DNA from: Raja brachyura
Taxonomy: Eukaryota
Direction: 5' to 3'
NCBI GenBank assembly: GCA_963514005.1
Contig: OY740781.1
Location: 148,614,001-148,678,000 of the forward strand
Length of the DNA: 64,000 nucleotides
Under the pieces are notes generated by a model. It had not been told where the DNA came from. It saw nothing but the letters and a program-made list of their open reading frames with translations, and searched no databases. Every line of letters begins with the position of its first letter. The stretch's first letter is position 1. A program made the position numbers and the translations under genes. This document shows, piece after piece, positions 40,301 through 54,150 of this stretch.

Positions 40301-43300
40301 TAGCAAAAATGTTGGCAATTCACAAAAGAGTATTATTAAAGGGTACTGACAGATCTCCACAAATTAGCTCAATGAGTCAAGTCCAGCCTATTTTTGGCCC
40401 TCCTTACTCAAACAGGCTGAAATGTATGTAAATTGGAATCAATTGGAACCCCTTATTTATTTGACCACTCCTTCTCCATGCGTTTAAAAAAAACACATCT
40501 TATGATTATGGAGTTATCCATTGCTAAAGTCTGCATGTGTGTACACAGTAGTCAGTGATCAAAATTGAAAATCTTTGCCTGACTTTTCACCTCTTCGCAG
40601 GAATTTACTGTACACAGAATGGATGCTGTGAGTTCAAGACCTCTAAAATTAAAAAGTGCATCTTTGCAATTAAGCATTTTTGAATATTCTAATGAGGAGG
40701 TAAAACGTGTTACTTAAATTAAAGCTTTATCTTTAGCCCAGAAGCACTGAGACAAATTGAAGAACTATTTCAAACACACCAGCTGAGATCAGCTAATCCA
40801 TGCTCGAAAAGTTAATGTTCTCTATTATTTGTGTTTTGATCATCATCATGTGTGGCCTTAAACAGGAAACTGAGCTGTAGAATCCAAACTCCTGCTTAGG
40901 CTGAGATCTCGACCCAGCTCAGCACAAACACCATTAGACTTGGGATGAATTATGTTTTTATAAATTAATTCTGAATCACATGATGCATCTATATTGTGAT
41001 TCAACATAAGACTTCTAACCTGTGTTACATCTATTATGCATTCTGTCTTCGATTTAAGACATCGATGTCCTGAAAATGTGGGAACCTTTCTTTAAATACA
41101 TCTCTCAGAACACAGCACAGTAAGCTTTAAAAGTACAAAGTAACTTTATTAGCTTAACAGCTTTGACTTGACAAAAAAGCATAGAAACAGTGCAAGATTA
41201 GTCTCAATTATTGGTGTGGATTTCCACTAAACACACAATATAAGGAACAACGTGGTAAAGGGAGGAAGTAAATGTGTGGATACGTGAAAGGTTATGTATT
41301 TCTATTTGTATCTCAAATGTCATTTTTTTCCATTAGGTTCACCTGCACCATACAACATGTTTCAAGGACAAGGGACCATAAAAGCTCCCAATTGAATGTT
41401 TGATCCAGTCACTGGGAGGCAATCAATAGTAACCAGTGATTTAGATTTGGATATTAGCTCCTTGCAGGTCATTGTAGAGCATTTGGGATTTTACCAGGTT
41501 CCTACCTCATTTCTTAGTCACTATTTTCAATGGCATAAATTATTTATCTTGAGGTTATATGTTCTCCAGTTCAATGAAAAAAAAAATAAAGGTATGCTTT
41601 TAGAACAGCATCAGGCAGCAAGTGGTGATCTTTGAAGGCATGTAAACTATCCAGTGCAAACCAGAATATAATTGATCTTGCTGAATATGTGAAAGCATTT
41701 TTAATGCAGTCCATAGTATTACTTTGTTGCTAAGGACCGTGTGAACGTGAAAGGATAATATGAAGAGTGTTGATTTGGTTGTAAACAAACCAGCTACATT
41801 CAAATTATTGGCAGCTTGTGGACATGGTCAATAGTGAGATTACTGCCTTCATCCTTTTCACTGAAATGTCATCCTTCCAAGCTCCAAAGGGGACTCTTTG
41901 TCAAAGGATTTCAGTGGAAGAAAGGGAATGACATTTAAAAAATAAAGCGGCAGAATACAAATCTCAAGCCATTGAGATCACATTACAGGTTTTTACATGA
42001 AAGTATGCACACCTATAATTACCGTTTGCCTTAATTCTGACATGTAATCCTACAGTTACTTCCTCCTTTGCTGCCTTGGTCTATATAGTAACTTATACAG
42101 GCTATTTAACTTAACATTTACCATATCCTTTGGTTATATTACAGTAATAACATTTAACTCTATTTACTATTCCCTTTAGGTACTTTACAATGAAAGTCCT
42201 GTCATTTTGTACGCGGAAAATCAAGAACAGTTGCATTTTCTCAATGAAGCAGGGTTAGACATGTCTGGTAATTGGACCAGGATGGAGAGACAACATCCTG
42301 CTCCAATTTTCCAATTGCACATTTGGTCCTTATCACATATATATTTTCAGTAAATACTGACTGAAACCTCATCACTCTTTAATTACATCCACAAGGGAAG
42401 CGGTACAAGAATTATTTTGAAACTAAGAAGTTGATAATATTATAGGAAAACTTTTCTCTCAAAAACCGAGTGAAGATCCACTGGAGGTTTAAGAATAAGA
42501 AGGGGTTTTTATAAAGGAGAATTGCAAAGGGTGTTCCTACTCGCCAGCAAGTCCAGAAAATTAGTTAATTTACAGTATGTCCAATTGGGAATGTAGAAGA
42601 AATCTCTTGACTCAGGGATTTAGTAGAACACAGTTATCACCACCATAGGATATAATGGAAAACAAGTAGGATACATACATTCAAGAGAAGACAAAGTAAA
42701 CATTTGAAGGAGAAAATAAGGAAATCTCAATGGGTGAGATAAAAAGTAGGTTTGTGTGAACTGTGAACACATTCACAGACCTTTTAGCTTAAATAACCAG
42801 TTTCAATGTTATAATTACTTCATAATACTCTGTAGTTTAACATTTTATAAGAGCCATTTCCAATATAAGTGTGGTATACAGCAATCTAAAAGAATTCTGC
42901 ACAGACATCAAATCTTTAATATATTATTGATTCAGCCTAATGTTCCAGTACTTTACATTGACAGTCCTGAACGTAACAAATCTTTACGCTTTGTCAAAAA
43001 TTTAGACCAACAGAAGTGAAGAAAATGCAGCGGAAACAATCTGGTTTGCTCTAACATGGAGCTTTCTCTCAAATTACACTGCTCGCTATCAAAAACATTT
43101 TGACCCAAATTTTACAAATGTACACTAATTTTATACATAAAGGTGGAAAATGCATAAATTTGCTATTTTTTAAAAAATGACTATAGATGGAAACCTTTAC
43201 CCATATAATTCATTAAAATATGAATAATAACTTAGAACTGTTCCAGAGAAGGATTAATTTCAATACATATGTAAATGTATGCAGTGGCTTTTGTTTTAGT

Positions 43301-45242
43301 TGCTCCGGATTCATGAAGATTAAAACTGTTTCTAAAATCTACACATTTTTCAGAGGTTTGGAGATGGAATCTGACTTTGACCTTCAGTACATTCATAGTT
43401 TGATAATAACTTTAACTGATACTCGGTATCTGTACCACCCTTAAAAACCATTGTATAGCACTGTAATTCCTAAAGGAACTAACAGCACCTAATGACAGAT
43501 TGTAACACTGCAACAAAATGTCATAATAATTAATATCACTATAATAATACAATTATAATACAATTCTAAAAATTGTCAATACTTTTCTAGTTTGTGTTCA
43601 AATATCTTATTAATTAAATAAGACTAATACTATTTATCGATAGTGATTTCCCTTGACTTTTCTCATCTTTTTAATATAATATTGACAAATCAACATTTTT
43701 AAAAAATCATTGGGAGTTTCGCGTAATAGCTCATATTCATATTTTGGAACAACTCACTCAAAAAATCCGACGACAATAGTATCTCTTCATGAGATGAAAT
43801 GATCTGATACCATTAATACTACATTTTTTCCCCCTGGTTTGTTGTTGCAACATAGAACTGGGTGAGGCAATGTTTGTGTGGACCATAAAATATAGGCACT
43901 TCACCCCAGACACCTGGGTTCAATCCAACCCAGATTAAGAGAGAAAAACCACTCTGGCTGCAAGAATCCACACAATTATTGTACGCAACTTCTAACAATC
44001 CACAGTGAGCAACAACTCACAGAAGAAAACTGGACTATTTTGGCAATCATATTCAGAGAAATGCAAAAGATAAAAATGCTTTGATTTGATGATGAGTGAT
44101 TGCTTTTCAAAGGTGAAGTTAATGCATGCCGTTGATGACATTGGAAGATGATCACTTGCCTTTCATTATGGTGAACTTTATCAGTGATAACACAATAGAG
44201 TGCCCAAAATCAAACTGTTCCATTCCCAAGTACAAGCTGTGCTTGCTTTGAAGACAAAAGTCACACATGGGTTGCCTTCCTCCTTCCTAAATTGGTAACA
44301 CTGTTGCCCAGTGTCTTACAAAGAAAATGCCAGCCTTGACTCTTGGTGAGTGGCAAATGCTGAATGAGATTATCTCAATCAGAAGACCAAAGCGAGCATT
44401 CCAACTGGCATTAACAAAGCTGAGCTTCAAAGGTTAACTAAATCAGATAGCATTCCTCAATTGATTGTTATCCCATAACAGCAGTAAGGTATGTTGTGGG
44501 AACTTTAGGAAAGGGCATTATCAGTCTCAGGTCTGATATCCTCCCATGCTCAAACAGTCTCTCTCCTGTTATTTGCAGTCAAGGCTCACACACAGAGTAA
44601 CCAGCATGGTGAGACACCAGTAGCAGTTAATTCCACTTCAGCATCTGAGAGTAGTTCAATTCATAGGCAGGAATTGGAGATTTTGAGGAGGACAAGCAAA
44701 AAATATAAAAAGGATGACAAAGAAATCCAGTAGTTGGCAAATGGTATCACTGTCTCACTAACAATACTGTGTGTACAACCTGAATTGTAAGTCACCAATG
44801 TTTCATTGTATATGCTAGCAATATGATCGTCATGTGAGAGCTTCTTCTGCATCTCTTGGTTGGGGTAATCACTCCTTTGATAATATTTGTTCCTTTGGAC
44901 GATATAAATAACCTTAAGAGGACTCCATTGTAAAACCGTAAGGAACCTTTCAGTTTAAATAGGGTGATGCTGTCCTTTATAGATACCAATCACAGCTCAA
45001 GCAGCTTTCACGCTTCATCCCCAACCAAAGTTTCACTTGTTCCGAGTCCCAGGACAGCCTGTCACTCGAAATCAGTTGCCTCAGTTGGTTGAGCTTCCTC
45101 AGTTCTTGACCAGACCCCTAGAGGAAGCGCAATGTGGAAGTGAGGGTTTCCATTCTCGGGGAGGGTGTGTGGAGGGAGGGGAATGAGGGAGAAGTGTCAT
45201 TGTCCAACGCACCCTTCTCATATCGCACCTCCTGCCAGCCGC

Positions 45243-45337
45243 TCACAGAGCTGCATTGACGGCAGTCGTGGAGAAGTCTGCATCCTGGACCGTCCTGCTC
45301 TCCCCCAGATGGAGGAGGATGCATCTCGGTGAACGGC
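45243..45337 (-). CDS. PCDH10: Candidate alternative terminal exon of PCDH10 in intron 3: (G)RSPRCILLHLGESRTVQDADFSTTAVNAAL*
   Basis: A very long polypyrimidine tract plus acceptor (TGTTCTTTCCATCTTTTTCCTGTCTTTCTCCCCTTGTAG) ends at 45338. A phase-1 join to exon 3 gives 31 codons then TGA. The segment is locally GC-richer than its AT-rich, repeat-poor surroundings. Confidence 0.6.
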
Positions 45338-48300
45338 CTACAAGGGGAGAAAGACAGGAAAAAGATGGAAAGAACATTTTAAATAACTGGGGGCACCTTA
45401 TTATTGGGATCAATTTATTTTTTTTTAAATCACAGTGGAATTCACTAATCAATGCTCATTAAAGTTAAGTCTTCAGAGGCACAACCAAAGAAGACGGATA
45501 TGTTCACTGGTAGATCGGACTTGACGATCGTTCACTTTTAAGGCATTTCGATGGAAGTAGAACATTTGAGACAATGTAAGTGTTTCTGTGGCTTTATTGG
45601 TGCATTTTGATTTGTTTTTGTTTATTTAGATTTAAAAAATCGGTGGTGACTGTATCATTGACAGACTTCACAGGAGGGACTGATGTTTCCTGACAACGTA
45701 AGGAAATTGCAATGATATGCATGCAGTTGCTGTGACAGAATGTTCTAACATGCTGATGTTATTCAGCTGTAATTCACTGTGTGAAATTTACTCCAAGAGA
45801 AGTACAAAGACCTAATAAAGATGTTTTTTTTGTGCACTTTCCAAGTGCTAGAATCATGCTTAGTTCATTTTTAATGATAGACAATCAATTTACAAAGTGA
45901 CAGCAAATGAATATAGTGATATAAAATACACATCCATACAGGTATTCCGCCATTTTGTGTATCCCGCTGTACATTTCCATTGTCATGGCAGATCTTTGTC
46001 AAATAGATCTCCAGCAGTTTGGAGCTACAAGAAACAGAACTTGATAAAATTATCAAGTCACATCTGCATAAGAACTGCTATGAAGCAATTTAACCATTTA
46101 ATGACTTTAACTATTAAAGTTTAACCACTAACCATTAAACCACTTTAACCACAATGGCACCCCTCCCTCTTTCACTGCCCTCCAATTACCCTCCCAAAGA
46201 CTGAAATCCCTCACTTCCACATTATATTTAACTCATTTGCCAAATGAGTAAAAAATGTGTCATAACAAAAACTATATTTTAAAATATGAAAAATCTTGTC
46301 AAAAAGCACTTCTGATTACCTACATGATCAGGCAATTGCCATTCAGAAATATATAAAAATAATAACAAAATACAATTTGACAGGTATCTCCTGACAATGA
46401 GAAATGAAAATTACGATTAAAATTCAATACCTACAGAAAGGTTTGCTGTCAAACAAAAGTGATCACACCTTGGGTGATCATAACATTGATCAATTTTTCC
46501 TGCCAAATTATGAGTTTAATACAAGTATAGGAAATGAACAGATGTATGTAGTATAATTTCACACCAACTAAAGTGGTTCTGTCACCAAACCACCAGTGCT
46601 CATGCAACTGAAGCGCCTAGAGCCATGTAATTAAGCCGAGCTCTCTATTTACAACCTGCCTCTTTTCTCCTTGGGGACATCTGCTGAAGAGATTTATCAA
46701 GCACAATAAAAAATAAACTCCATGCCTACAGAAGCAGGTGAAGCAGTTACTCCGCTTACAACCTTGTTTCAGATATCACAGACGTGTCACCAAAAACAAG
46801 GACAGTGGCACCAGGAAAAAGGCTTGATGAAGAAATGAAGCCATGAAAACTGAGCCATGCTACCATATGGCTTACGGGTGCAAGGAAAATAGATGACAGC
46901 AGGCAACTCTGGAGATCGAAGAGTTTTGTTACTGGAATGCATCCTTTCAATTATAAATTTTACACTTTCTGTGTGACTAATAAGTTGTTCATCTTATGGA
47001 GGCATAGAGGTCAAATATCTGTATTATACAAAGGGAAGTTGTCTGGTAAAATAGCTAAAGTATAATCTGAAAGGCAAGTAGCAAAAGTGATACCCCATAG
47101 CTTGCAACTTACCAAATTTCATAGAATATAATTGTGGACTAAAATATTGCACACAAAATTCATTACCTGGAGCAGATTTTTTTTTTGATAGATCTGCATG
47201 TGAAACTAACCCACGCCAAGCAAATTAAAAAACAAATAAATCACCAAGAATAATGCTAAAAGTCACTGATTAAAGAATAGGTATACCTGAAATTCCTGTG
47301 GGAAAACAATTATGGAAGGCCAAATACAAACCAAATACAAAAATGAATGGAATTTGAGTGTCATTTTTTGAAACATACCATTGCCAATGCCTCAATAGTC
47401 CTGTTGCAAACTGGCTGGCTGCATACACGGGGGTGGGGGGGAGAATTATTCTCTTTAATCATTTTTCATTGCAAACAATTTGCATACTTCAAAAGAAGTG
47501 GATAGCAAGTCTATGACTGCTGTTTGCCGGTGGCAAAATATATGTAAAGTAATCTAATGGTAGATGTCTGAATGTGGCCTAAAATCGGGGAATTAATGAG
47601 CGAGCAGTAGACTTTGTCTTGGAGAGAGCTCTGCTATTTAGCTTCGGATAGTGGTTAGTATAGACACTTCTGATTTATCCAATGAATGCAGCTCAAAATA
47701 ACAATGAACACTGGGTCTGCATCATTCCACAATGCCATCTGAACCAGAAACATTCAAGACCCAAATCAACATGAACGTTTAAGAACATGTATTGCCAATA
47801 GAAATATAGTGATTATTTTATCTCGGTGACATTCTGTCTGTAATGTATTGATCAGTATATAATGCTGTACACAATTCTTCCATCTACTCTTCTCGGTTAA
47901 CATAATTTTACATTTACAGACTGACAACATTATGCTCAAAATTCAACAAAAATGATCACTATTTCTTTTCACTCCTTCCTTCCTCATTCAAGGAAAGTAC
48001 ATTTATGCCATTGACATAGAAGCTGTTTGGATTCAGTCAGCACAGCAATCAAAGAAAATTCAAAGCAAATTCAGAATAGCATCATTAACTGAACAAAATG
48101 GACTGGCCGATTAGAACATTTATTTGGCTACATGGAATGGACTGGTGTGATTTTTACCACTTTAGCAATACTGGATGAGATTGTCCCACAATTTGTACCA
48201 GCAAGTGGACATTATTCCACACTTCAACATGGACGGCATGTTTATATTCAAAGTGTAGTTGTTCACAACGTCTACCATATATAACATAGTACCTCCTCTG

Positions 48301-49274
48301 CAGAAGAAAAATAAATAAATCAGGAGAAAAAGGAAAATAATAATAAAGAAGAAGAAAGGGATAATCAAAGCACCCTTGTGGGATAAAAAAGCAAAACCAG
48401 CTCTGCTATTTGTTTTCATTGTTGCTAAGCTCCCCCTGGCTATTAATACCAGTGAAGCCCTGTTGTATTTAAAGATGTAATAAGGGACATTTGCTTTAAT
48501 GAAAAAAAGCATATAAATCTGCAGCCCAGTAACAAAGCGTTGAGGTTTTAAAATTAATATATAAAATCTTTAAAGTAAAATTAAGTATACTTTTCCAATT
48601 ATAAAATACCAAATTTAAGAACAGTTTAGAAAGAAATTCTTAAAATTCTCATCATTCTTAAAAATAAATAACTCTTGTTAGCTAACTCTTTCAAACTGTA
48701 TTACTTTATATTGTATGTTAATTAGTGATAATTACTTTGCAGAATTCAAATCAAGAAGCCAAGAATGTATGGTGTGTCAAAAAAGGCACAAACTATGATT
48801 TTATGCAGTAATGTCCTTAAATTGATTTACTGTTGAATATTTTCATAAGATCCATTTTTTTTCAAATTATCATTACGTCTTCATACTGCAATCTATTTTT
48901 AACTGCTGCCATATTAAAGTCAATGTTTGAATGCAACTCATTACCATTGCCTTCTAGGACAGGGAACTGCCCTCTGTAGGTGTGTAAAAAGGAACTGCAG
49001 AAAGGAATTTAAACCAAAGACACAAAAAGCTTGAGTAGCTCAGCGGATCAGGCAGCATCTGCGGAGAGTAGGAATGGGTTGAGACCCTTCTTCTAGGTGA
49101 TCGCCACAGAATAAAGCATTTTGTGTATTTAAAAAAGACTTAAATAAACTCTAAGAATCACCCAACATGCTATGATTAAGCCACAGATAGAGACTGGAGA
49201 ATTTATGGAAAAATAAATCATAATCGATTGGAGTATTCACCATCCCTTTGGGTTTATGCACATATCTGACATCA

Positions 49275-50785
49275 CTTGGTGATGTTTCGGATTGGGACCC
49301 TTCGTCAGACTGATTGTGGTAATATGAACAAAGCTGGAAGAGAGAGGTCGGGGCAGGACAAAGCCTGGCAAGTGAGAGGTAGATTTAGGTGAGGAGGGTT
49401 TGATTGACAGATGGACAGTTCATGACAAAGGGTAGAGGAAACAAAAGGGTGTCAGATAAAGAGAGAAGAGTGCAATCTAAAAGCAGAGAGGGGGATATAA
49501 GTGGATGGGGGAAGGGGGAATGGGGCAGAGGGGAAAGGGGAGGGGGGAAAGGAGGAAAGGAGGAGGAAGGAAGGGGGAAGGGGGAAGGGGGAAGGGGGAG
49601 AATAGTGGGACCGATGTGCACTTGCTACTGCATGTTCTATTTGGTCGTCTATGAATATACATATGGTTTCTTACAGCCAGTTGTTATCCAAGAGGTCTTG
49701 CATAAAGAGAGCGATTGGCAGTGGTATTTTGATTCATTCATTTTTCATGATGTATGTGTCAATGGTAAGGTGAGCATTTATTGCCCTCCCCCTTCCCTCC
49801 ATTGACCTTGTGGAGATCTCCCTCCAAACTGCTGCAATTATTCTGCTGGGTTCCAGGACATAGACCCAACAACAAAGTAGCAGTAACATATATTACAAAT
49901 ATTCATACCACTGGGCTATAAGCTGCCCAAGCAAAATATAAGATGCTGTTCCTCCAATTTGCATTTAACCCCTCACTCTGACAGTGGAGGAGACCAAGGA
50001 CAGAATGGTCTGTGCAGGAATGGGAAGAAGAATTAAAATGCCAAGCAACTGGGAGATCAGGAGGGGGTTACACAAAAAGCTGGAGAAACTCAGCGGGAGC
50101 AGCAGCATCTAAGGAGCGAAGGAGATAGGCGACACTTCGGGTCGAGACCCCTCCTCAGACGGGAGATCAGGTTGGTTCACAGCTTATATAGTAGCCCAGT
50201 CACCAGTGGATCTGAATATTGATTTATCTCACTTCAGGATGCCCTAGCATTCCCTCTCTCTATTTCCCTCCCACCCAGGTCGCACTAGCATCTCCTTTTC
50301 AATGGCCTGTTTCCTTTATCATCATTACTTATTTGCATATCTTTCATTCATTGTTCTTTATCTCTCCACATCATGTTCTATATCTCTTGTTTCCCTTATC
50401 CCTAACCAGTCGGAAGAAGTGTCTCAACCCGAAAAGTCACCCATTCCTTCTCTCAAGAGATGCTGCCTGGCCAGCTGAGTTACTCCAGCTTTTTGTGTCT
50501 ATCTTCGGTTTAAACCAGCATCTGCAGTTCCTTTTTACACATAAATTACCAAGTCAGGAAAGAGGGTGACTTAGTGTTAAAGAAGGAACTGCAGATGCTG
50601 GAGAATCGAGGGTACACAAAAGGCTGGAGAAACTCAGCAGGTGCAGCAGCATCTAAGGAGCGAAGGAGATAGGCGACGTTTCGGGTCGAGATCCTTCGTC
50701 TCGACCCGAAACGTTGCCTATCTCCTTCGCTCCATAAATGCTGCTGCACCCGCTGAGTTTCTCCAGCCTTTTGTGTACCAAGAAT
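49275..50785. mobile_element. Cluster of Penelope-derived 3' end and pLTR pieces, including TSD-flanked inserts at 50062-50160 and 50575-50785
   Basis: Repeated GCTGGAG(T/A)AACTCAGC and CGAAACG motifs in both orientations. TSDs are GGGAGATCAGG and GTGACTTAG. Confidence 0.75.
49500..49605 (+). repeat. Purine-rich (GGGGAA/GGA)n low-complexity tract
   Basis: About 100 nt made almost entirely of G and A. Confidence 0.85.
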
Positions 50786-53059
50786 GTGACTTAGAGGTGA
50801 ACCCAGAGTTGGTGATTTTCCTGTGCAGCTGCTTCCTTTATTGGTGGTAGAAGTCCTAGTTTTGGATTTGTTTTCAAAGCAACCTACACAGGTTCCATTT
50901 TGTACATAGTACACATGATAGTCTTGATGAATAGTGGCAGAGGGAATTAATGCGTGTTGCGGTAAATGGAGTCGCAATCATGTGCTTGAATGTTACTAAG
51001 CTAATTTTTTCTCAAAAGTGCATGTTTTCTTGGAGTAAATGAAGGGGATTCTGTCGAGCTCCTTCTATCCCTGTGTTTTGGGTGCCAAAAGGGCGAGTAA
51101 CCCAACCATCCAGGTTCTGACTTGCTCTTGAAGGCCGCCTTTGTGCGTCTGGTTTTGGTGGCCAACACAGAGACAATGGCTTTCCAATATTTGCAGAGCC
51201 TAATCCATTTGGATAAAGTGAAAGCTGAAAGAGCATTCAGTCTTTTCACTTTAGTATGACACACATGTACATGCATATGCTGATTAAATCCACACTGGTA
51301 CACATGGCACATTTTAACTTGAAATGGGGATCTGTACAAGATGCCAATCAATTTCATGGTGTAGCAGAAAACAACAAGACAGCAAAGGTCAGAAAGCAGC
51401 TAATTTATACCAAATTGACATACAAAGCCTTCAAATGCCTGCGTGGCCAAATGCCTTTGAACTGATGCAGTTGTTTAGTGGAGTAGGAACCAGATCAGTG
51501 GCAATACTGGGACTCAGAAGTTCTGAAGGAAGAAACCGAGTATAGACGAATATAGGAGAATTCACACACCATTTGCAAAGCACCCGCAGTGTTAAACCAG
51601 CCGCGAACATCACGAGGCCCGATTCCTTTCATCTTTGCCGGCGTTGCGCCAGTTAACTAACTAGTGTGAGGTCGTAACGCGCCGAGGAAAGGAAACGTTG
51701 GGGCTCTTATCGTAGATTAATCTTGCTTCAAAATGACTTTTTATATATGTTAAATTAAAGAAGCTCGTGCGATGCAAATGCAACGCTTCGATCACAGCCC
51801 CACATCAGTAATTGCTATGCAGAGGTCTGAAAGCAAATTACTGATCAGTGGACTGTTGCAGACTGCGGACGTGAACTGGAAACCGGATCGCCAGGCGCGA
51901 ATCCTTTAATGGGAAATGAAAAGACTGTCGACGTGCACGGTTTTGGCGGGGACTGTGGAATCTCCAGTCATTTGATTTTGAATTTTATTTCAGAGCTAGT
52001 CAAACAATGTAAAGCAAGTCGACGTCGGGCTGGTATTTAAAATGCAACGCTCAGGCACGGTGACATTTACTAAAACTGTTCCAAGTTGACTTATGTTTAC
52101 CCTGCAAAAGCCGACTGCGAGTCAATCGCTGCCACGCAGTCTTTTCGCAATCCTGGCCTCTTTTCGCTGCAATTTGTAAAGTTGACAAATGCCTACTGAC
52201 TTCTAAAATAAATAAACACAATTTTCTGCTCTGAAAGGCAATTGCAATCGGCGGGGGTGGCGTTGGGGGTTGGGTGCACTCTCTAGTCTGCTCAGCACGG
52301 TCTGTGCTATATGTGAGTGTGCCTCTGAATAGCTTTGAAAGAAGTGCATTCTGTTCTGTTGCCTGGCTCCTCGAACCTTTTTTTTTGTTCACTGTTGTCC
52401 AGTGGGCTTTGTATTTTTTCGTGTTTTGCCTTCCAGATTTTTGTTTAACCAGGTCAGAACATTCACATAAATTAAACAGTAGATCAAGTCTTGTCACTTC
52501 CGGGTTGGTTAACCATAATTTTATGCCCCATTTGATATCGGTTCTTGGTTTCGGACCCAATTACATTTAGGGCTCGTTTATTTCATCTTTATTTCAAAGT
52601 TGACATGTGATATATATATCCTGATATCTTTATATATTTAAATTAATAATACATTTAATGGTCTCGATATATTAGGATTTGCCCTTCACAGGTCAATAAT
52701 CCAGCAATGATAGTTTATGAAACCTTTGAATGTGTTGACAGACATCAAAGCAAAGACGTGCGTAAAGATTTAACACACCTTTCTTTCAGGGATCTGGAAT
52801 TCAGTAAGCTTTCTCATCCATTTTACCCAAATGCCACATCCTTTAGTCGTCGTCGTCGTCGTCTTCGCCCCCCTCCCTTCTTGCATTTAGGCAGTATACA
52901 ATAGAAAAATAATTACGAGTCGTGCGATGCTTCCAAACTTTTTCTGATACCAAATTCTCCTATGAGTGGAAAGAATGTTTCTTGTTTACTCTGCCATTTT
53001 GGTGAACTTCAATACAGAAGACTAATCTCGAGGAATCCCACCGTAGACGATTTGCGAGT

Positions 53060-53240
53060 AGACTCAAAATGCTGGAGTAACTCAGCGGGAAAGGCAGCAT
53101 CTCTGGAGAGAAGGAATTGGTGACGTTTCGGGTCGAGACCCTTCTGTTCAGGCACCATAGTCTGAAGAAGAGTCTCGATCCGAAACGTCACCCATTCATT
53201 CCTGCCCGCCGAGTTACTCCAGCATTTTGTGTCGTATTTC
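53060..53240. mobile_element. Inverted pair of Penelope pLTR repeats
   Basis: A minus copy (GTGACGTTTCGGGTCGAGACCCTTC) abuts a plus copy (CTGAAGAAGAGTCTCGATCCGAAACGTCAC). Similar pairs occur at about 7455-7620, 24150-24365, 30835-31030 and 39690-39890. Confidence 0.75.
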
Positions 53241-53724
53241 CTTGACTATTTGTAAGTGTTCTTTATGGACACATGTAGCAAATACCTATTTTTTCCCCTT
53301 GTATTATTTGTTTGTGAGAACATAAACGCTATTATAGATGAGGAGTACGAGTTATTTATTGTATCCCCAGCTGCCATCTCCACCTAGATCAAGCACACAT
53401 GACCGGTCTTGAGAATGAACTGATTCTTTGCTTGGAGTTTCCACATTTATCCCTACCTATGTGTATCCCTATTTAATCGCACTGTGTTCTAGATCAATGG
53501 GTTATCGCTTTAAAGGCATTAATCGCGACTGCAGTGTGCTAAACCAGATTGCGAGCTTTTATCGGCCAAGACATTAACAAAAAATGAATTAAATAATGAC
53601 GAGACGAGGGCTTGTAACGTTGCTTTGTATTATTTACGGAATATTGTGAACGGAGGGTGGGTATTTTCAATTTGTCACCCAGCTTCCGTACCACTGCCTC
53701 GGATGGCAATGATCCCCAGCACTT

Positions 53725-54150
53725 CTAGAACAGAAAAGTATAGCACGGGAATAAGTCCTTCAGCCCACGATATCAATGCTGAATATGAAGCAGGTTAGAA
53801 GAAGGGTTTCGGCCCGAAACGTCGCCTATCTCCTTCGCTCCTTAGATGCTGCTGCACCCGCTGAGTTTCTCCAGCCATTTGTGCACCCTTAAATTAATCT
53901 CCTCTGTCGGCACATGACTCACACCCCCCCCCCCCCCCCGCCCCCCACCCCGTTCCCTGCATATCCATGTACCCATCTAAAAGTATTTTAAACGCCACTG
54001 CCTTATTTGCCTTCGCTATCTCCATCGCCACCCTCTGAACAAACTCACACCGCACATTTTCTTTAAACGTTGTCACTCTCACTTTGGTGTAACTTACATT
54101 TCCACCCCGAGAAGAGGTTCTCACTGTCTACGCCTTCCATAATCACTTCT
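53725..54150 (-). mobile_element. CR1 3' fragment with a nested Penelope repeat (53797-53890)
   Basis: Reverse-complement CR1 tail (CCTTCAGCCCAC; CCCTGCATATCCATGTACCCATCTAAAAG). Confidence 0.6.

Noticed and set aside
49404-49805. 133-aa Gly/Arg/Glu-rich ORF
   Set aside because: It is a translation of a purine-rich simple repeat plus Penelope-derived sequence.
52051-52570. 169-aa intronic ORF
   Set aside because: No homology is recognisable and there are no convincing splice signals. It is likely a chance ORF.
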